A DNA stretch of 33,771 bases from Octopus bimaculoides (taxonomy: Eukaryota). The DNA is taken from assembly GCF_001194135.2 (NCBI RefSeq), contig NC_068986.1, positions 83,908,129-83,941,899 of the forward strand, read 5' to 3'. The first letter of the stretch is position 1. Each line of letters opens with the position of its first letter. The notes below the pieces were generated by a model. That model ran no database searches. It was not told the origin of the DNA and saw only the letters and a list, made by a program, of their open reading frames with translations. This document shows, piece by piece, positions 1 through 11,331 of this stretch. Position numbers and translations under genes: made by a program.

Positions 1-188
1 TTCTCCATGTCAACGAAAGCCAGGTACAGAGGTTTATCCTTAGCTAGGTATTTCTCTTGCAACTGTCTCACTAGAAATAAGGCATCAGTAGTGCTTTTAC
101 CTGGCACGAACCCAAACTGCATCTCATCTAAATTGATTCGCTCCCTAATTAGTTGGGCTATGACCCTCTCTGTATCTGTAACTTTCAT
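1..188 (-). mobile_element. RTE-clade non-LTR retrotransposon, reverse transcriptase fragment
   Basis: Minus-strand translation MKVTDTERVIAQLIRERINLDEMQFGFVPGKSTTDALFLVRQLQEKYLAKDKPLYLAFVDMEK matches the LINE RT motif QFGF.PGRSTTDAIF..RQL.EK......LY.AF.D.EK. It runs off the window edge. Confidence 0.9.
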
Positions 189-389
189 ATATATATATAT
201 ATATATATATACAAAGATATATAAAACAATTCTAAATTGCTTATAATCATGTTCATCATTGCCTTGTCATCATCAACAGAGTAATTAACGTCATCACCAC
301 TTTTATCATCATTATCATCATCATTAACTCTGCAGTGGTTATTTTTGTGTTGTTATATTCAGGAACATTTTCACAAAAAATATATAAAT

Positions 390-600
390 CATCGTCATCA
401 TCATCATCTAACATCCATGTTCCTTACTGGCATGTGCTGGACATTTTGACAGGATCTGATGTGTCCAAGGACTGCACTGTGCTCCAATATCTGTTTTAGT
501 TTCCTGTTTATGGTTAGATGCCCTTCCTAACATCAGCCACTTTACAACATGGGCTAGGTGCTTTTTTTCATACCACCTGACTATTGAGGTTGCTATGTAC
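390..600 (-). mobile_element. SINE/LINE 3' tail fragment with RTE-type (ATG)n tail
   Basis: The + strand reads (CAT)n-CTAACATCCATG...GATGCCCTTCCTAAC, the same tail motif as at 15846-15960, 26905-27010 and (reverse) 16455-16566. Confidence 0.7.
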
Positions 601-738
601 CTTGCAGAACTACAGATACTGTGGGGTGGGGTCAGCTTCATACCAGTGGACAAGGGAATGATCTATATGAAGGAGGTGCAGTAAGTGCAGGTTTTTTTTA
701 AAGGACCTGTGTGGTTACTAATATCTAGTAGGGGAAAA

Positions 739-998
739 GGGTAACGATCCCCTATGGTCATGAATGACCATAAGATTGCACCTAGAAAGTTCCCCTCCAT
801 GCCACCAATGTCATCCAAGGGAAAAGCCGATACAGCTTGGCACCAGTAATGTCACAACTCATTTCCACAGCTGAGTGAACGGGAGCAACGTGAAGTAAAG
901 TGTCTTGCTCAAGAACACAACACACAGCCCATTCCATGAATTGAACTCACTCATGATTTTGAGCCTGATACTATCACCACTGATCCATATATCTTCAC
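739..998 (-). mobile_element. tRNA-derived SINE (head plus central domain)
   Basis: The reverse complement has a degenerate A/B-box head followed by GTGTTCTTGAGCAAGACACTTTACTTCACGTTGCTCCCGTTCACTCAGCTGT. It is homologous to 4219-4254 (+) and 29050-29177 (-). Confidence 0.75.
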
Positions 999-1654
999 AT
1001 GGGAAGGAGAGAGAAAGAAAAAAATGAACAGTAGGATCATCTACAAGGCACAATGCAAGGCATTTGAAACAGAGTATGTATGTATGTGCCAAAAAGAGTT
1101 TGTATGAGATTTGGCTGTTATTTGTAGCATGTGGATAGCCTGCTTGAAGGCCATAGATTCAGGAGGAGAGGGAGTTGGGGTTTTTTTTTCCCTTTTGAAT
1201 AATTGAAATTTTACATACAATTTTTTTTAGAATCAATCTCTGTACTTTTCCACATATTTTGCCAAAACAAATTTCTGTAAAAAGCAAAAACTGAAGAAAT
1301 GTGGGAGTGGAGGAGAAAGTTGAAATTTTGAAGTTGCAATTTTTGCCAATTTTTTTTTTCAGAATTTGAATCTCCATAGTTGAAAACATGGGTTTCTGTA
1401 AAAAAAAAAAAAAAGATGAAGTAGGAGGGGTGGGTTACGTCTCTGGTATGTGTGCCCTCAACTGTCAGTTAAATACATTTTAACATCTGATGATTACTAC
1501 GAACATATGAAAGCACTAATTGAACTTTATGAACATCACAAAATATTTTTGTTAATGTTCAACACACTTCAACATGGTAAAAAAATTTATATTTTTTTTA
1601 AATACCATAATAAAAAATGTGAAGACCAGACCATGTTTTAACTTTATTCAACTC

Positions 1655-1691
<37 letters not shown>

Positions 1692-2243
1692 ATAAAATCT
1701 GGTAATTAGTCAGATATTAATTAATATCGAATAATTATCAGGAGGCCAGCACATGTAAAGAATCAAAGAGATTCAGAAATATTATCTGCAATCTCAGGGG
1801 ATTAAGGTACATTTTAAAAAATANNNNNNNNNNNNNNNNNNNNNNNNNNNNNNNNNNNNNNNNNNNNNNNNNNNNNNNNNNNNNNNNNNNNNNNNNNNNN
1901 NNNNNNNNNNNNNNNNNNNNNNNNNNNNNNNNNNNNNNNNNNNNNNNNNNNNNNNNNNNNNNNNNNNNNNNNNNNNNNNNNNNNNNNNNNNNNNNNNNNN
2001 NNNNNNNNNNNNNNNNNNNNNNNNNNNNNNNNNNNNNNNNNNNNNNNNNNNNNNNNNNNCTTGTGTCTATTAAGACCTAAATTGTTCTCAACATGAAATA
2101 TAGCAGCATATCAAAAACGTGAGCGGGCAAGACATTTAAAATCACCTAAAAAAGCATTATTAAACAGGAACTAGCTTCGGATTTAACAAATTCTTACCCG
2201 GTAGGCAACTCTGTATACGATTCTGATGATTGTGGTACATTAC

Positions 2244-2308
2244 AAATCAGGCTGATGAGGAATAGACAAATGGTAAGAATTTGTTAAATCCGAAACTATT
2301 TCCTGTTT
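2244..2308 (+). ncRNA. Minimal type-I hammerhead ribozyme motif (Penelope-like element type), degenerate copy
   Basis: Stem I is AAA(T)CAGG/CCTGTTT. Core CTGATGA is at 2252-2258. Stem II GGAATAGACAAAT/ATTTGTTAAATCC has 11 of 13 positions paired. GAAA is at 2292-2295. Stem III reads ACTATT, whereas the inverted partial copy at 2162-2198 reads CTAG, implying a palindromic ACTAGT ancestor. Confidence 0.65.
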
Positions 2309-2309
2309 A

Positions 2310-2352
<43 letters not shown>

Positions 2353-2570
2353 TACACACACATATACATATTTAAATATATATATGCATATATATGTATA
2401 TATATATGCATATATATGTATACATATATATATATATTTATATATATTTGCATATATAGATATATATATGTACATATATATATATCGTTGCTATTATATT
2501 AAACTGTTGTATGTCCAAATTTGGTTAAATGTGGTTTATTTTTTTCAATATTCATTTTTGCCTGTACTAG

Positions 2571-2644
2571 CCAGTTCTTTTGGTCAAACTATCGTATCTC
2601 CAGCTGCTTCAGATGCCAAGATATCAAAAATTGTCAAAGTGTAG
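2571..2644 (+). CDS. Possible terminal coding exon of an upstream gene (..SSFGQTIVSPAASDAKISKIVKV*)
   Basis: A pyrimidine-rich acceptor (TTCATTTTTGCCTGTACTAG) precedes a phase-1 open frame to TAG at 2642-2644. AATAAA is at 3299-3304. No homology was recognised. Confidence 0.35.
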
Positions 2645-2736
2645 TGCAACAGTTTTGCTATGGAATGGTGAAATTATTTTTCGTTTTCTAGAAAAGCAAT
2701 GTTTTGGACTTACAACATTTGTGCACAATAGCAACG

Positions 2737-2771
<35 letters not shown>

Positions 2772-3404
2772 TGCGTGTGTATATATATATGTATATATAC
2801 ATATACAGATATATCCACACATATACATACTACATATATATATGTATGTATGTGTACATATATTTGTGGTGGGGTACATACAGAACTACTGCTTAGTTGA
2901 CTGACCTTATAGCATGGACACTGCATTGTACTGCCATTTGGTTTGCAGCTTTGTCTCACATTTCTCTGTATAAAATTTCCACATTTCTATGTTATCTGAT
3001 TTATTAGCATATTGATCAGTGCTTTTACTCTATATTTCTATGTATCTATTCCTCCATTTTCACTCTCTGCATACATGGCATGCTAACACACACACACAAC
3101 TCTATATACACAAATATGTACATGCTTATATGTTTGTATATGCTAATATGGAAATATGTTTGCTTAATTTCTATTTATGTATACTTGCATTCCTTAGTAT
3201 GTATATATAATTATTATTGTCATAATGTACACATGTATATACATATTATATACTATATATATAATGCAGACACGCACTGGTTAGAAATAATGACCATCAA
3301 TAAACATTGCATATGCACTCTACTATTGTACTGAGGACTCCTTGATTATAGCACAAACTTACAAATTGTGTCATTGCATATATGTATGTATATATGTGTG
3401 TGTT

Positions 3405-3466
<62 letters not shown>

Positions 3467-4091
3467 NNNNNNNNNNNNNNNNNNNNNNNNNNNNNNNNNN
3501 NNNNNNNNNNNNNNNNNNNNNNNNNNNNNNNNNNNNNNNNNNNNNNNNNNNNNNNNNNNNNNNNNNNNNNNNNNNNNNNNNNNNNNNNNNNNNNNNNNNN
3601 NNNNNNNNNNNNNNNNNNNNNNNNNNNNNNNNNNNNNNNNNNNNNNNNNNNNNNNNNNNNNNNNNNNNNNNNNNNNNNNNNNNNNNNNNNNNNNNNNNNN
3701 NNNNNNNNNNNNNNNNNNNNNNNNNNNNNNNNNNNNNNNNNNNNNNNNNNNNNNNNNNNNNNNNNNNNNNNNNNNNNNNNNNNNNNNNNNNNNNNNNNNN
3801 NNNNNNNNNNNNNNNNNNNNNNNNNNNNNNNNNNNNNNNNNNNNNNNNNNNNNNNNNNNNNNNNNNNNNNNNNNNNNNNNNNNNNNNNNNNNNNNNNNNN
3901 NNNNNNNNNNNNNNNNNNNNNNNNNNNNNNNNNNNNNNNNNNNNNNNNNNNNNNNNNNNNNNNNNNNNNNNNNNNNNNNNNNNNNNNNNNNNATATATAT
4001 ATTGTACATACATAATATCTAACTGAAGTGCAGTCACATATATTTATACATACATTAATGTACCTATATGTGTATCACACACACACACTCA

Positions 4092-4139
<48 letters not shown>

Positions 4140-4194
4140 CGTATGCACACATGCACACATGGGCTATTGATCAGGGTGTTGCACTTATTATAGT

Positions 4195-4395
4195 TTGAAT
4201 TCCTCAGCACAACACATAACTTCACATTGCTCCAGTTCACTCAGCTGTAAAGGATTTCCAGCAATAGATGGAAAATTTACTCTGCAGCTGACTAGCATCC
4301 TATTCACAGGGAGTGTTGTAATCTCAGTAACTTATATAGCATGAAAACTGAATTATGCTCTGGCCTTATGACTCTGCGGTCCCATGACAGATCTA
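4195..4395 (+). mobile_element. Degenerate SINE central/3' domain
   Basis: Shares ACTTCACATTGCTCCAGTTCACTCAGCTGT with the reverse complement of 862-900, followed by GACTAGCATCCTATTCACAGGGAG. Confidence 0.6.
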
Positions 4396-4519
4396 CCTAG
4401 CTGAGAAAAGAAGACAGTGATGGGGGGGGGGGGCAGTAGATGAATGCAGTAGAAATAACTCAAGACAACAAAAGACAGTAGCAAGCAATGGTTTAGTATA
4501 GACAGAACACCACTCCCAC

Positions 4520-4980
4520 TCTATTTGGTAATGTTATCTTTGTCATGCTTCCTCAAAAGAGTGGGTTTCTCCAATACATTTTGCCAATCATTGTGGTCCT
4601 TTGTCAGCTCCTTTACAAGGTTCTGTATCTTAAGATCAGTTTTCCCATGTCTTTTTAGGTTTCCTCTTTCACAAGTACCATCCTTTTTGATTACTCAGCA
4701 CTTTCTTATGCTGCTGTCATCATCCATATGCATCACATATTCATACAAACACAGTTATCCCTCTTGCAAACTACAGCTGATTCCCCTTATTCTCAGCTTT
4801 CCTCTCAGGTCATTTGTACCACATTGTTCATGTATGCTGATATTACACATCCAGCAGAGCATGCTCATCTCATTTCTTTCTAGCCTTTGCAAATCCTCTA
4901 CATTCAGGGCTCATATCTCACTAATTTGTAGCACTGCACTTTGCACACAAGCATCATATAATTTACTCTTCACTTGGAGC
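4520..4980 (-). mobile_element. RTE-clade LINE, 3' end of ORF2 plus tail (5'-truncated, decayed)
   Basis: Minus-strand translation LQVKSKLYDACVQSAVL..SE.*ALNVEDLQRLERNEMSMLCWMCNISIHE...TNDLRGKLRIRGISCSLQEG*L..Y.YVMHMDDDSSIRKC is a typical RTE C-terminus with in-frame stops. Confidence 0.9.
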
Positions 4981-5214
4981 ATATATATATATATATACAC
5001 TTATATTTGTGTATCAAACAGTTAGAATGAGTGCTCAACACTGCATTGGTGGATAAATATTCTTTATTTGTGGGTTATCAAGGCATCCAATGATTTCATC
5101 CAAAATGTAGATAAGTACCAACACATCCATGAGGCATGCTTGAGCAATTGTGAAGATCTCTTCACTTGAAACCATTGGTTGCCTTGTTAACCCACAAATA
5201 AAGTGTATGTGTAT

Positions 5215-5251
<37 letters not shown>

Positions 5252-6836
5252 CAGTGTCTCACAGAAGTATATACACCCCTAAAAATTTTCAGTAAAATTG
5301 CCATTACTCTGATAATATCAAAAGAAATCAAGCGAAAATTTATACTGAATAAAATCTATTATACATGCAAACATTAAACATTATACAAATTTGGAACACA
5401 AAACAATAAACATTTTCAAATATTAGTTTTCAAATGATACAAAAATATGTACACCTTACAGGGTTAATTGCTTTATTCAATATTTGGTGTGACCACCCTT
5501 GCTTTCAAATGACTGCATTAAGTCTTCTGGGTATAGAGTCAACTAAATTTCCGCATATAACCAATGAAATTAACCTCCATTCATCCTGATTGATGTCTTT
5601 CAACTGTGTTACATTGTGGGGTTTTTTTCTCCTCAACCTTCCTTTTCAAAACACCCAACAAATGGGCTTAAATCAGGTGACATGGTAGGCCAAGGCAATA
5701 CCTTTACTTTTTTATCTGATAAAAGCTTAGTTGTCATCTTTGAAGTGTGTTCAGGGTCATTATCATGTTGGAACATGATATGTCTTCCTAGTTCCTTTAT
5801 GCTTTTCAACATTGTTTTCTGCAATATATCACAATAAAGCCTTGAATCCATCGTTCTCTCAATAAATGTGAGTCCTCCCTCACCAGCTGCAGTCATGTGT
5901 CCCCAAAGCATAACACTTCTGCCTCTGTGTTTCACGGAAGGTACAGTGCATTTGTTGCGATTATCTTCACCTGGTCAATGCCATACTTGTTTAATACCAT
6001 CTGACCCAAACAAGTTGATTTTAGTCTCATCAGAAAAAGAATTTTATTCTAAAACTCCTTTCCCTTACTCACATAGGTTTCAGCAAAAAGAAAGACGACT
6101 TAATTTATGCATCCATGAAGACCATACTGTTTCAAACTTTGGGGAACTGTTTGGGCAGATACACTCTTTCTACTAACACAAGACACTTCTTGGGCCAAAG
6201 ATGAAGCAGTACAGTGCCTGTTGTCCATCACACAACATTGGATGTGGCGAATATCTTGTGCAATTAAAATAGAAGGATGACCTGGACAATGTTTATTGCT
6301 TAGCTGTCCAGTAGATTTGTGCTTCTGAATTACTTTGGCAATTGTGTTTATGCTAATATGTATTCATTTGCTAATTAACTTGTACCCTATGCCATTCTTG
6401 TGCAAATTAAAAATAATTGTCTTCAAATCTTCAGACAATTGTTTTTCTTTTTAATCACAATGAAGAAGATTTTCACCACAGTACACAAATCAGAAATCCT
6501 GCAGATGCAATAACAGTGACTGGTGCAAAAAAAGCCAGGAGAAATAATTTATTAGAATTGAAATTATCAGCATTATCCCAATTTAGTAAAAAATGTAGGT
6601 AAAATATTGAATATAGCAAATTTCCTTTAGGGTGTTCATATTTTTGAAATGTTTGAAAATTAAGATTTCCTTCATATCTTTGAAAATACTTATTGTTTTG
6701 TGTTCCAAATTTGTATAATATTTGCATGTATAATATATTTTATTCAGTATAAATTTCATTTGATTTCCTTTAATATTATCAGAATAATGGCAGTATAACT
6801 GAAATTTTTTAGGGGCGTACATACTTCTGTGAGATA

Positions 6837-6839
<3 letters not shown>
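5252..6839 (-). mobile_element. Full-length decayed Tc1-like DNA transposon with about 210-bp IR/DR-type terminal inverted repeats
   Basis: The left end TA|CAGTGTCTCACAGAAGTATATACACCCC and right end GGGGCGTACATACTTCTGTGAGATACTA are inverted. Homology extends to about 5460 and 6625. A transposase remnant lies inside. Confidence 0.95.
5477..6458 (-). pseudogene. Tc1 (DD34E) transposase pseudogene
   Basis: Motifs seen: LSEDLK..I..LHKNGIGYK, FSDETKINLFGSDG, VKHRGRSVMLWG, FQHDNDPEHTSK, WPTMSPDLSP, ..KGGHTKY* with overlapping AATAAA. It has several stops and frameshifts, and the catalytic E (NPIEH) is deleted. Confidence 0.92.
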
Positions 6840-6872
<33 letters not shown>

Positions 6873-6890
6873 CTAATGTTTTGAAGTGTC

Positions 6891-6968
6891 TTAACTGAGG
6901 AAGATCTTGCATAAGATATGAATTTCCTTTTTTGTCTATTGTGCAATGATCAGAAACATATGTATTAA
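6891..6968 (+). ncRNA. Second minimal type-I hammerhead ribozyme-like motif
   Basis: Order of elements: TTAA, CTGAGGA (6895-6901), long stem II (GATCTTGCA/TGCAA-T-GATC), GAAA (6953-6956), palindromic stem III ACATATGT, GUA site, TTAA. The first stem II pair is an A-A mismatch and stem I is truncated by an N-gap. Confidence 0.5.
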
Positions 6969-7187
6969 ACGNNNNNNNNNNNNNNNNNNNNNNNNNNNNN
7001 NNNNNNNNNNNNNNNNNNNNNNNNNNNNNNNNNNNNNNNNNNNNNNNNNNNNNNNNNNNNNNNNNNNNNNNNNNNNNNNNNNNNNNNNNNNNNNNNNNNN
7101 NNNNNNNNNNNNNNNNNNNNNNNNNNNNNNNNNNNNNNNNNNNNNNNNNNNNNNNNNNNNNNNNNNNNNNNNNNNNNNNNNNNNNNN

Positions 7188-7227
<40 letters not shown>

Positions 7228-8184
7228 GATACCCTTCAACAGGATATATACATTTAGTCTGATTCACAGATGGTGATTGTAATTTAATGCTGTTTCAACT
7301 GCATTCACTGAGCTTTTTACACCCAGTAAGCTTTCCACCATACCAGTTAAAGTTTATTCAGTTTCCTATATATCAAAGCGTGAATTTTATCTTAGCAAAT
7401 GACAAACGCGTGTAGAGATTTATAAACCCGAACTTGAGTGAAATACATTTATTGTTCTAATGAGTCCCTGCTGCTATGATGTTCTCCTCACTCTGATGTT
7501 TTTAACACAACATGTCTATGAAGATATTTTCTCCCAGACAAAAACATAACCAGAGCATCATATTTTTCAACAGTGCATATACATTAAATATGATATGCAC
7601 ATTCATGCGCACACACATATATACATATACACATACACGCACACACACACACCACAAGCCTATATGTATATAAGTGCGTGTGCGTGTGTGCGTACATGTA
7701 TATATATATATATATATACCATGCCATGCTTAAAAATACATAGCATTATTCAAAAAGTACTGTGTTTGTATTTATAAAGCAATACAAATTAGCATGTTTT
7801 TTCAGCCACCAATAGTTTTGTAGTTCTGGTATTTTAGCCCTGTTTATTTCCACACAATATAAAAAGTATGCAATATCTTTTGGAGAAATGTTTTTTTTTT
7901 CTCTCATTTTTAAAAAAAATTTCACCTGTGTCAAGCTGAACATATCATCCTCAGAAGAAGCAAGTTATTTCCTTTAATTGTGGTATTTGATATCACTAGG
8001 AAACAAAAAATTAGTCTACTTGTTTGAACTTGAAGTAAAATGAAGATGTTAACTGTGGTTGAAGGAAAATACCTTTTGTGTATCACTGTGGAGGAAGAGG
8101 ATGACGGGTATAGAAAAGAAAAAAAAGATGAAAATAATGTGATTAATGTTAGGAGAAAAGTTGAAAGAGAAAGGAGAAAAGGTA

Positions 8185-8300
8185 GTGCGGGTGCAGTTAC
8201 CTCCCTTGACAGTGGGTTTAAACGCTAGATGGCGCAAGCAGCAGTGAGATTCTGACACGAGGTCTTGTGACATCTAAACGTTGGAGAGCAAAGACATGAT
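8185..8300 (+). promoter_or_regulatory. CpG-containing patch with a CTCF/YY1-like motif; candidate promoter or insulator
   Basis: CGCTAGATGGCGC at 8223-8235 resembles the CTCF core (CCACTAGATGGCGC) and YY1 (AAGATGGCG). Several CpGs occur in a CpG-poor background, about 2.4 kb upstream of the tentative ATG. Confidence 0.3.
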
Positions 8301-9276
8301 CTAGTTGGCTCTCATACAACACACACCAATTAACAGACATGAGGTAGTATACAGAATATGAACATGGCCTCCATTCATCACACTCTTTCCTTTATTGATC
8401 AATTGTATATGTTTGAGACCTTGAGTAATGGTATTTAAAGTTACAGCCTTGTTATATGAATTCATTGTACCTTGTTCCTTTATCAAATGATATTACAGCC
8501 TTCTAAACGGAGACCTCATTAGATGACTTTAAGACCATTTTGGATGGTGATGTTCTCAGGTTGTGAAGCCATCTAAAGTAGTTTCAGGTGAAGGAATATC
8601 AGGTATCTGTGCATATATGTGGTTCTAGTTGCATGAAATTCTCAAAACCCTTCATATACAAGACTTGTGTTTAAGCTCTAGATCAAAGGTATTTGGGAAA
8701 TGTAGACATTTGAAAAAGCACATATTACACAACTAGGAAACTTCAGCCTCATCTGACTAAAATACTTCTACTTTCTTTTTTAGTTTACTTTACTACCATT
8801 TTCTATCTCTATCCCTATTATTCCACTTCATTGACAAAGGTTAAGTTCCCTTAATCACATTTAACTCTTTTTGTTTCTTTAAATCTGCAAGCAATTATAT
8901 TGTGTCTGTTTTTTCAGTGGCTACAATATTAGAATTAAAGGTAAACACTTGCATTTGCTGGGGATAAGTTTTTCACTTTGATGGAAATAGAATGTTGTAA
9001 AGATAAAATAGTTCTCATGTTTTTCTATACTACATGGAGATAAACACAGCCTGAAGATAAAGAACACAAAAGTGATGGTAGCTCACATAAGTTAACTCAT
9101 GCTGTATAGATATAAATACACATGCAAACACTCACATGCATACAGTACACACACACACACGCACACATAGACAGACATGCACATGTACACAATACATATA
9201 ATTGTTCATATTTAAATACACATGCGTATACAAGTATATAGCATGTTGTGTGTGTGTATGTATGTGTGTGTGTATA

Positions 9277-9309
<33 letters not shown>

Positions 9310-10688
9310 GCACACACATATTACTAGCTATGTCTGTCTTTATGTTTATGTAAGCAGAGAGATTTCTAAATATGTAACTGAAAAATGTGTTGCTGCTTAT
9401 TCCCACATAAACTATTTTGACTCCTTCAAGTTCTCTTCAATGGTATAGTTATTCTTATGACTTTCTAAAATCATAGTGTTTTGATAATTTTAAATTTTAT
9501 CACAGGTGAACTGTGAGTATATTTGGTTAAAGTAAAAATGATTTAACAATTTTGATTGTTGAATTACAATTTGAAATTTACTTGTTCAAGACTCAAAATT
9601 GTAGTATTTTGTTTTCGGAGCAGAGCATATTTTTAAATTACATCCTTTACTTTTGACTGAATTCACTCTCCTGTTCCTGGAGGTTCAACTTTTGTTTTTT
9701 AACGCTAGATTGCTTTATCTCTTTTAAAATAAATTAAATGTTACTTGTGATTTGATTCAACATGATACCAAGTTAAGCATACCACTCGGCAGTGTGAACA
9801 TGAAAATAGTGAAGAACTTCTACAAACTTTTATTATTGTTAACTTTATGTTCTATATTACAGATTTAGATGAAATTTTCACAACTGTCTTTCAATATTTG
9901 GCTCAAATATTGTAGCTGTCTCAGCACTTTACAATTGTAAATAAATTTTACTCCTCTGGAATTGCCAGTTTATACATGCTCTTCTGTAAACTTTTTGTCT
10001 TTGCTTCTCTACATCTGTTAATCTCTTAAACATACTTCAAGCTACTCAGAATTATTTCCAAAAGATTATTCACTGCTTACTAATCTTGTATAAACAAAGC
10101 AAAGGACTAACTTTACTCTAAGATCACTTCAATGGGTTTTAAACATATTGCTTTTCTATGCTATTGGATAGTATTGATCTTGTCTTTTGATCTGTTATGA
10201 CTGAGACAGTGATTCAGTAATTAGTAATTAGTTAAAAAATTCAGAAGATAGACTAGGTATTCTTTATGTTCAGAAATATGAAATCATGTCCCAAGTATCT
10301 TCTGCATGTTGATATGCCTGAGCATTTATTAATTTATTTTGTGTTAGAGAGGTGGTGCATTTCTACTGTATTTTACTGCAATATTTCCAAATGCTTCTAT
10401 ATTTTACAAATGATGCACATGTCTAAAGGTTTGATACCATGTCAGTTTTCTATTTATTGAAGTTATATAATCAAAAGTAAGGTTTATATTATCCTTATTG
10501 GCCAGGAACTATTGCTTGTGGAGAGTTTAGAAATTACTGGTTTATACTGTATAAAATGAAATAAGCCAGTGATGAGAGAAGTAGAATTTAAATGATGGAC
10601 TCAGTTATTGCTGTCTTCTTAAATATATAAGTTATGCTATGCTCTGAAAACACCCCAAAATCCCTTACCCATATAATTCCACTCAAAA

Positions 10689-10710
10689 ATGGCAGATGAG
10701 AAAATAGATG
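10689..10710 (+). CDS. Tentative first coding exon (MADEKID) of the Q/N-rich protein gene
   Basis: AAAAATGG start context with an upstream in-frame TAA at 10674. The phase-1 donor G|GTAAAA is compatible with all downstream exons. Confidence 0.35.
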
Positions 10711-11262
10711 GTAAAACTGACGTGCTCTTGCTTTGAAAAGCTTCCATTCGAACAAATTACCATAAACTTCATTGCTCTGAGGAGGTTGAGTTTAAATGAA
10801 GCTTCATGCAGGACATGGGATTCCAATTCTAACTGGAGGTACTGTAAGAAAAACATTTTTTGTTCTTCAAACCTCAAAAAGCATGGAATAGTACGGAAAG
10901 CAGGTTTTAAATACTCTACATTTCCTATTTTGATCATTTTTCTATAGTGATTCTTATCATTTCCTCTTGAATCTGATAAAAATACATTTAATCTGTGGGT
11001 GTTTTGAAAATCCTGCTTATCTGTATTTCTCTATGCTATAAGAACTGTGATATATGTATATATATATATATGTATGTACATATATATATTTATATATATA
11101 TGTGTGTGTGTGTATGTATATATATATATATAAAATATATATATATATTTTTATGTTATGTTCATTGTTGTTTATTTTTTTTAACAATATTTTTTTACAT
11201 ATATATTTGTTTCTGACGCTGAGGGGCTGGGGTTTGCTAATTGTTTGCAATCTTCCATGTAG

Positions 11263-11331
11263 CCTACACAACCGGCCACAAGCGTGCTGCCAGAGTGTCC
11301 TTGATTCCTAACTCTAATGGACAAAGTTCAT
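11263..11331 (+). CDS. Tentative cassette exon (AYTTGHKRAARVSLIPNSNGQSS)
   Basis: Branch-like GCTAAT about 20 nt upstream of TCTTCCATGTAG. The exon is a 69-nt GC-richer open frame, phase 1-1, but the donor (T|GTTGAG) is weak. Confidence 0.3.

Noticed and set aside
1485-1515. CTGATGA...GAACATATG hammerhead look-alike
   Set aside because: It lacks GAAA, a stem II and a stem I partner.
1469-1576. Possible phase 1-1 exon (KYILTSDDYYEHMKALIELYEHHKIFLLMFNTLQH) that would join 2571
   Set aside because: Both the acceptor and the donor (G|GTAAAA) are weak and there is no recognisable homology. Plausible but unsupported.
3297-4037. Long ORFs (150-250 aa) spanning N-gaps, here and at 6583-7267, 11380-11699 and 31152-31653
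   Set aside because: The length comes from N-runs and (TA)n/(CA)n repeats.
7290-7450. Peptide FIQFPIYQ...RFINPNL faintly like a Penelope GIY-YIG C-terminus near the second hammerhead
   Set aside because: Similarity is too weak to call by eye. Worth a TBLASTX search, but not reported as a feature.
8040-8228. 62-aa K/E-rich ORF
   Set aside because: It is explained by a purine-rich low-complexity tract and has no splice support.
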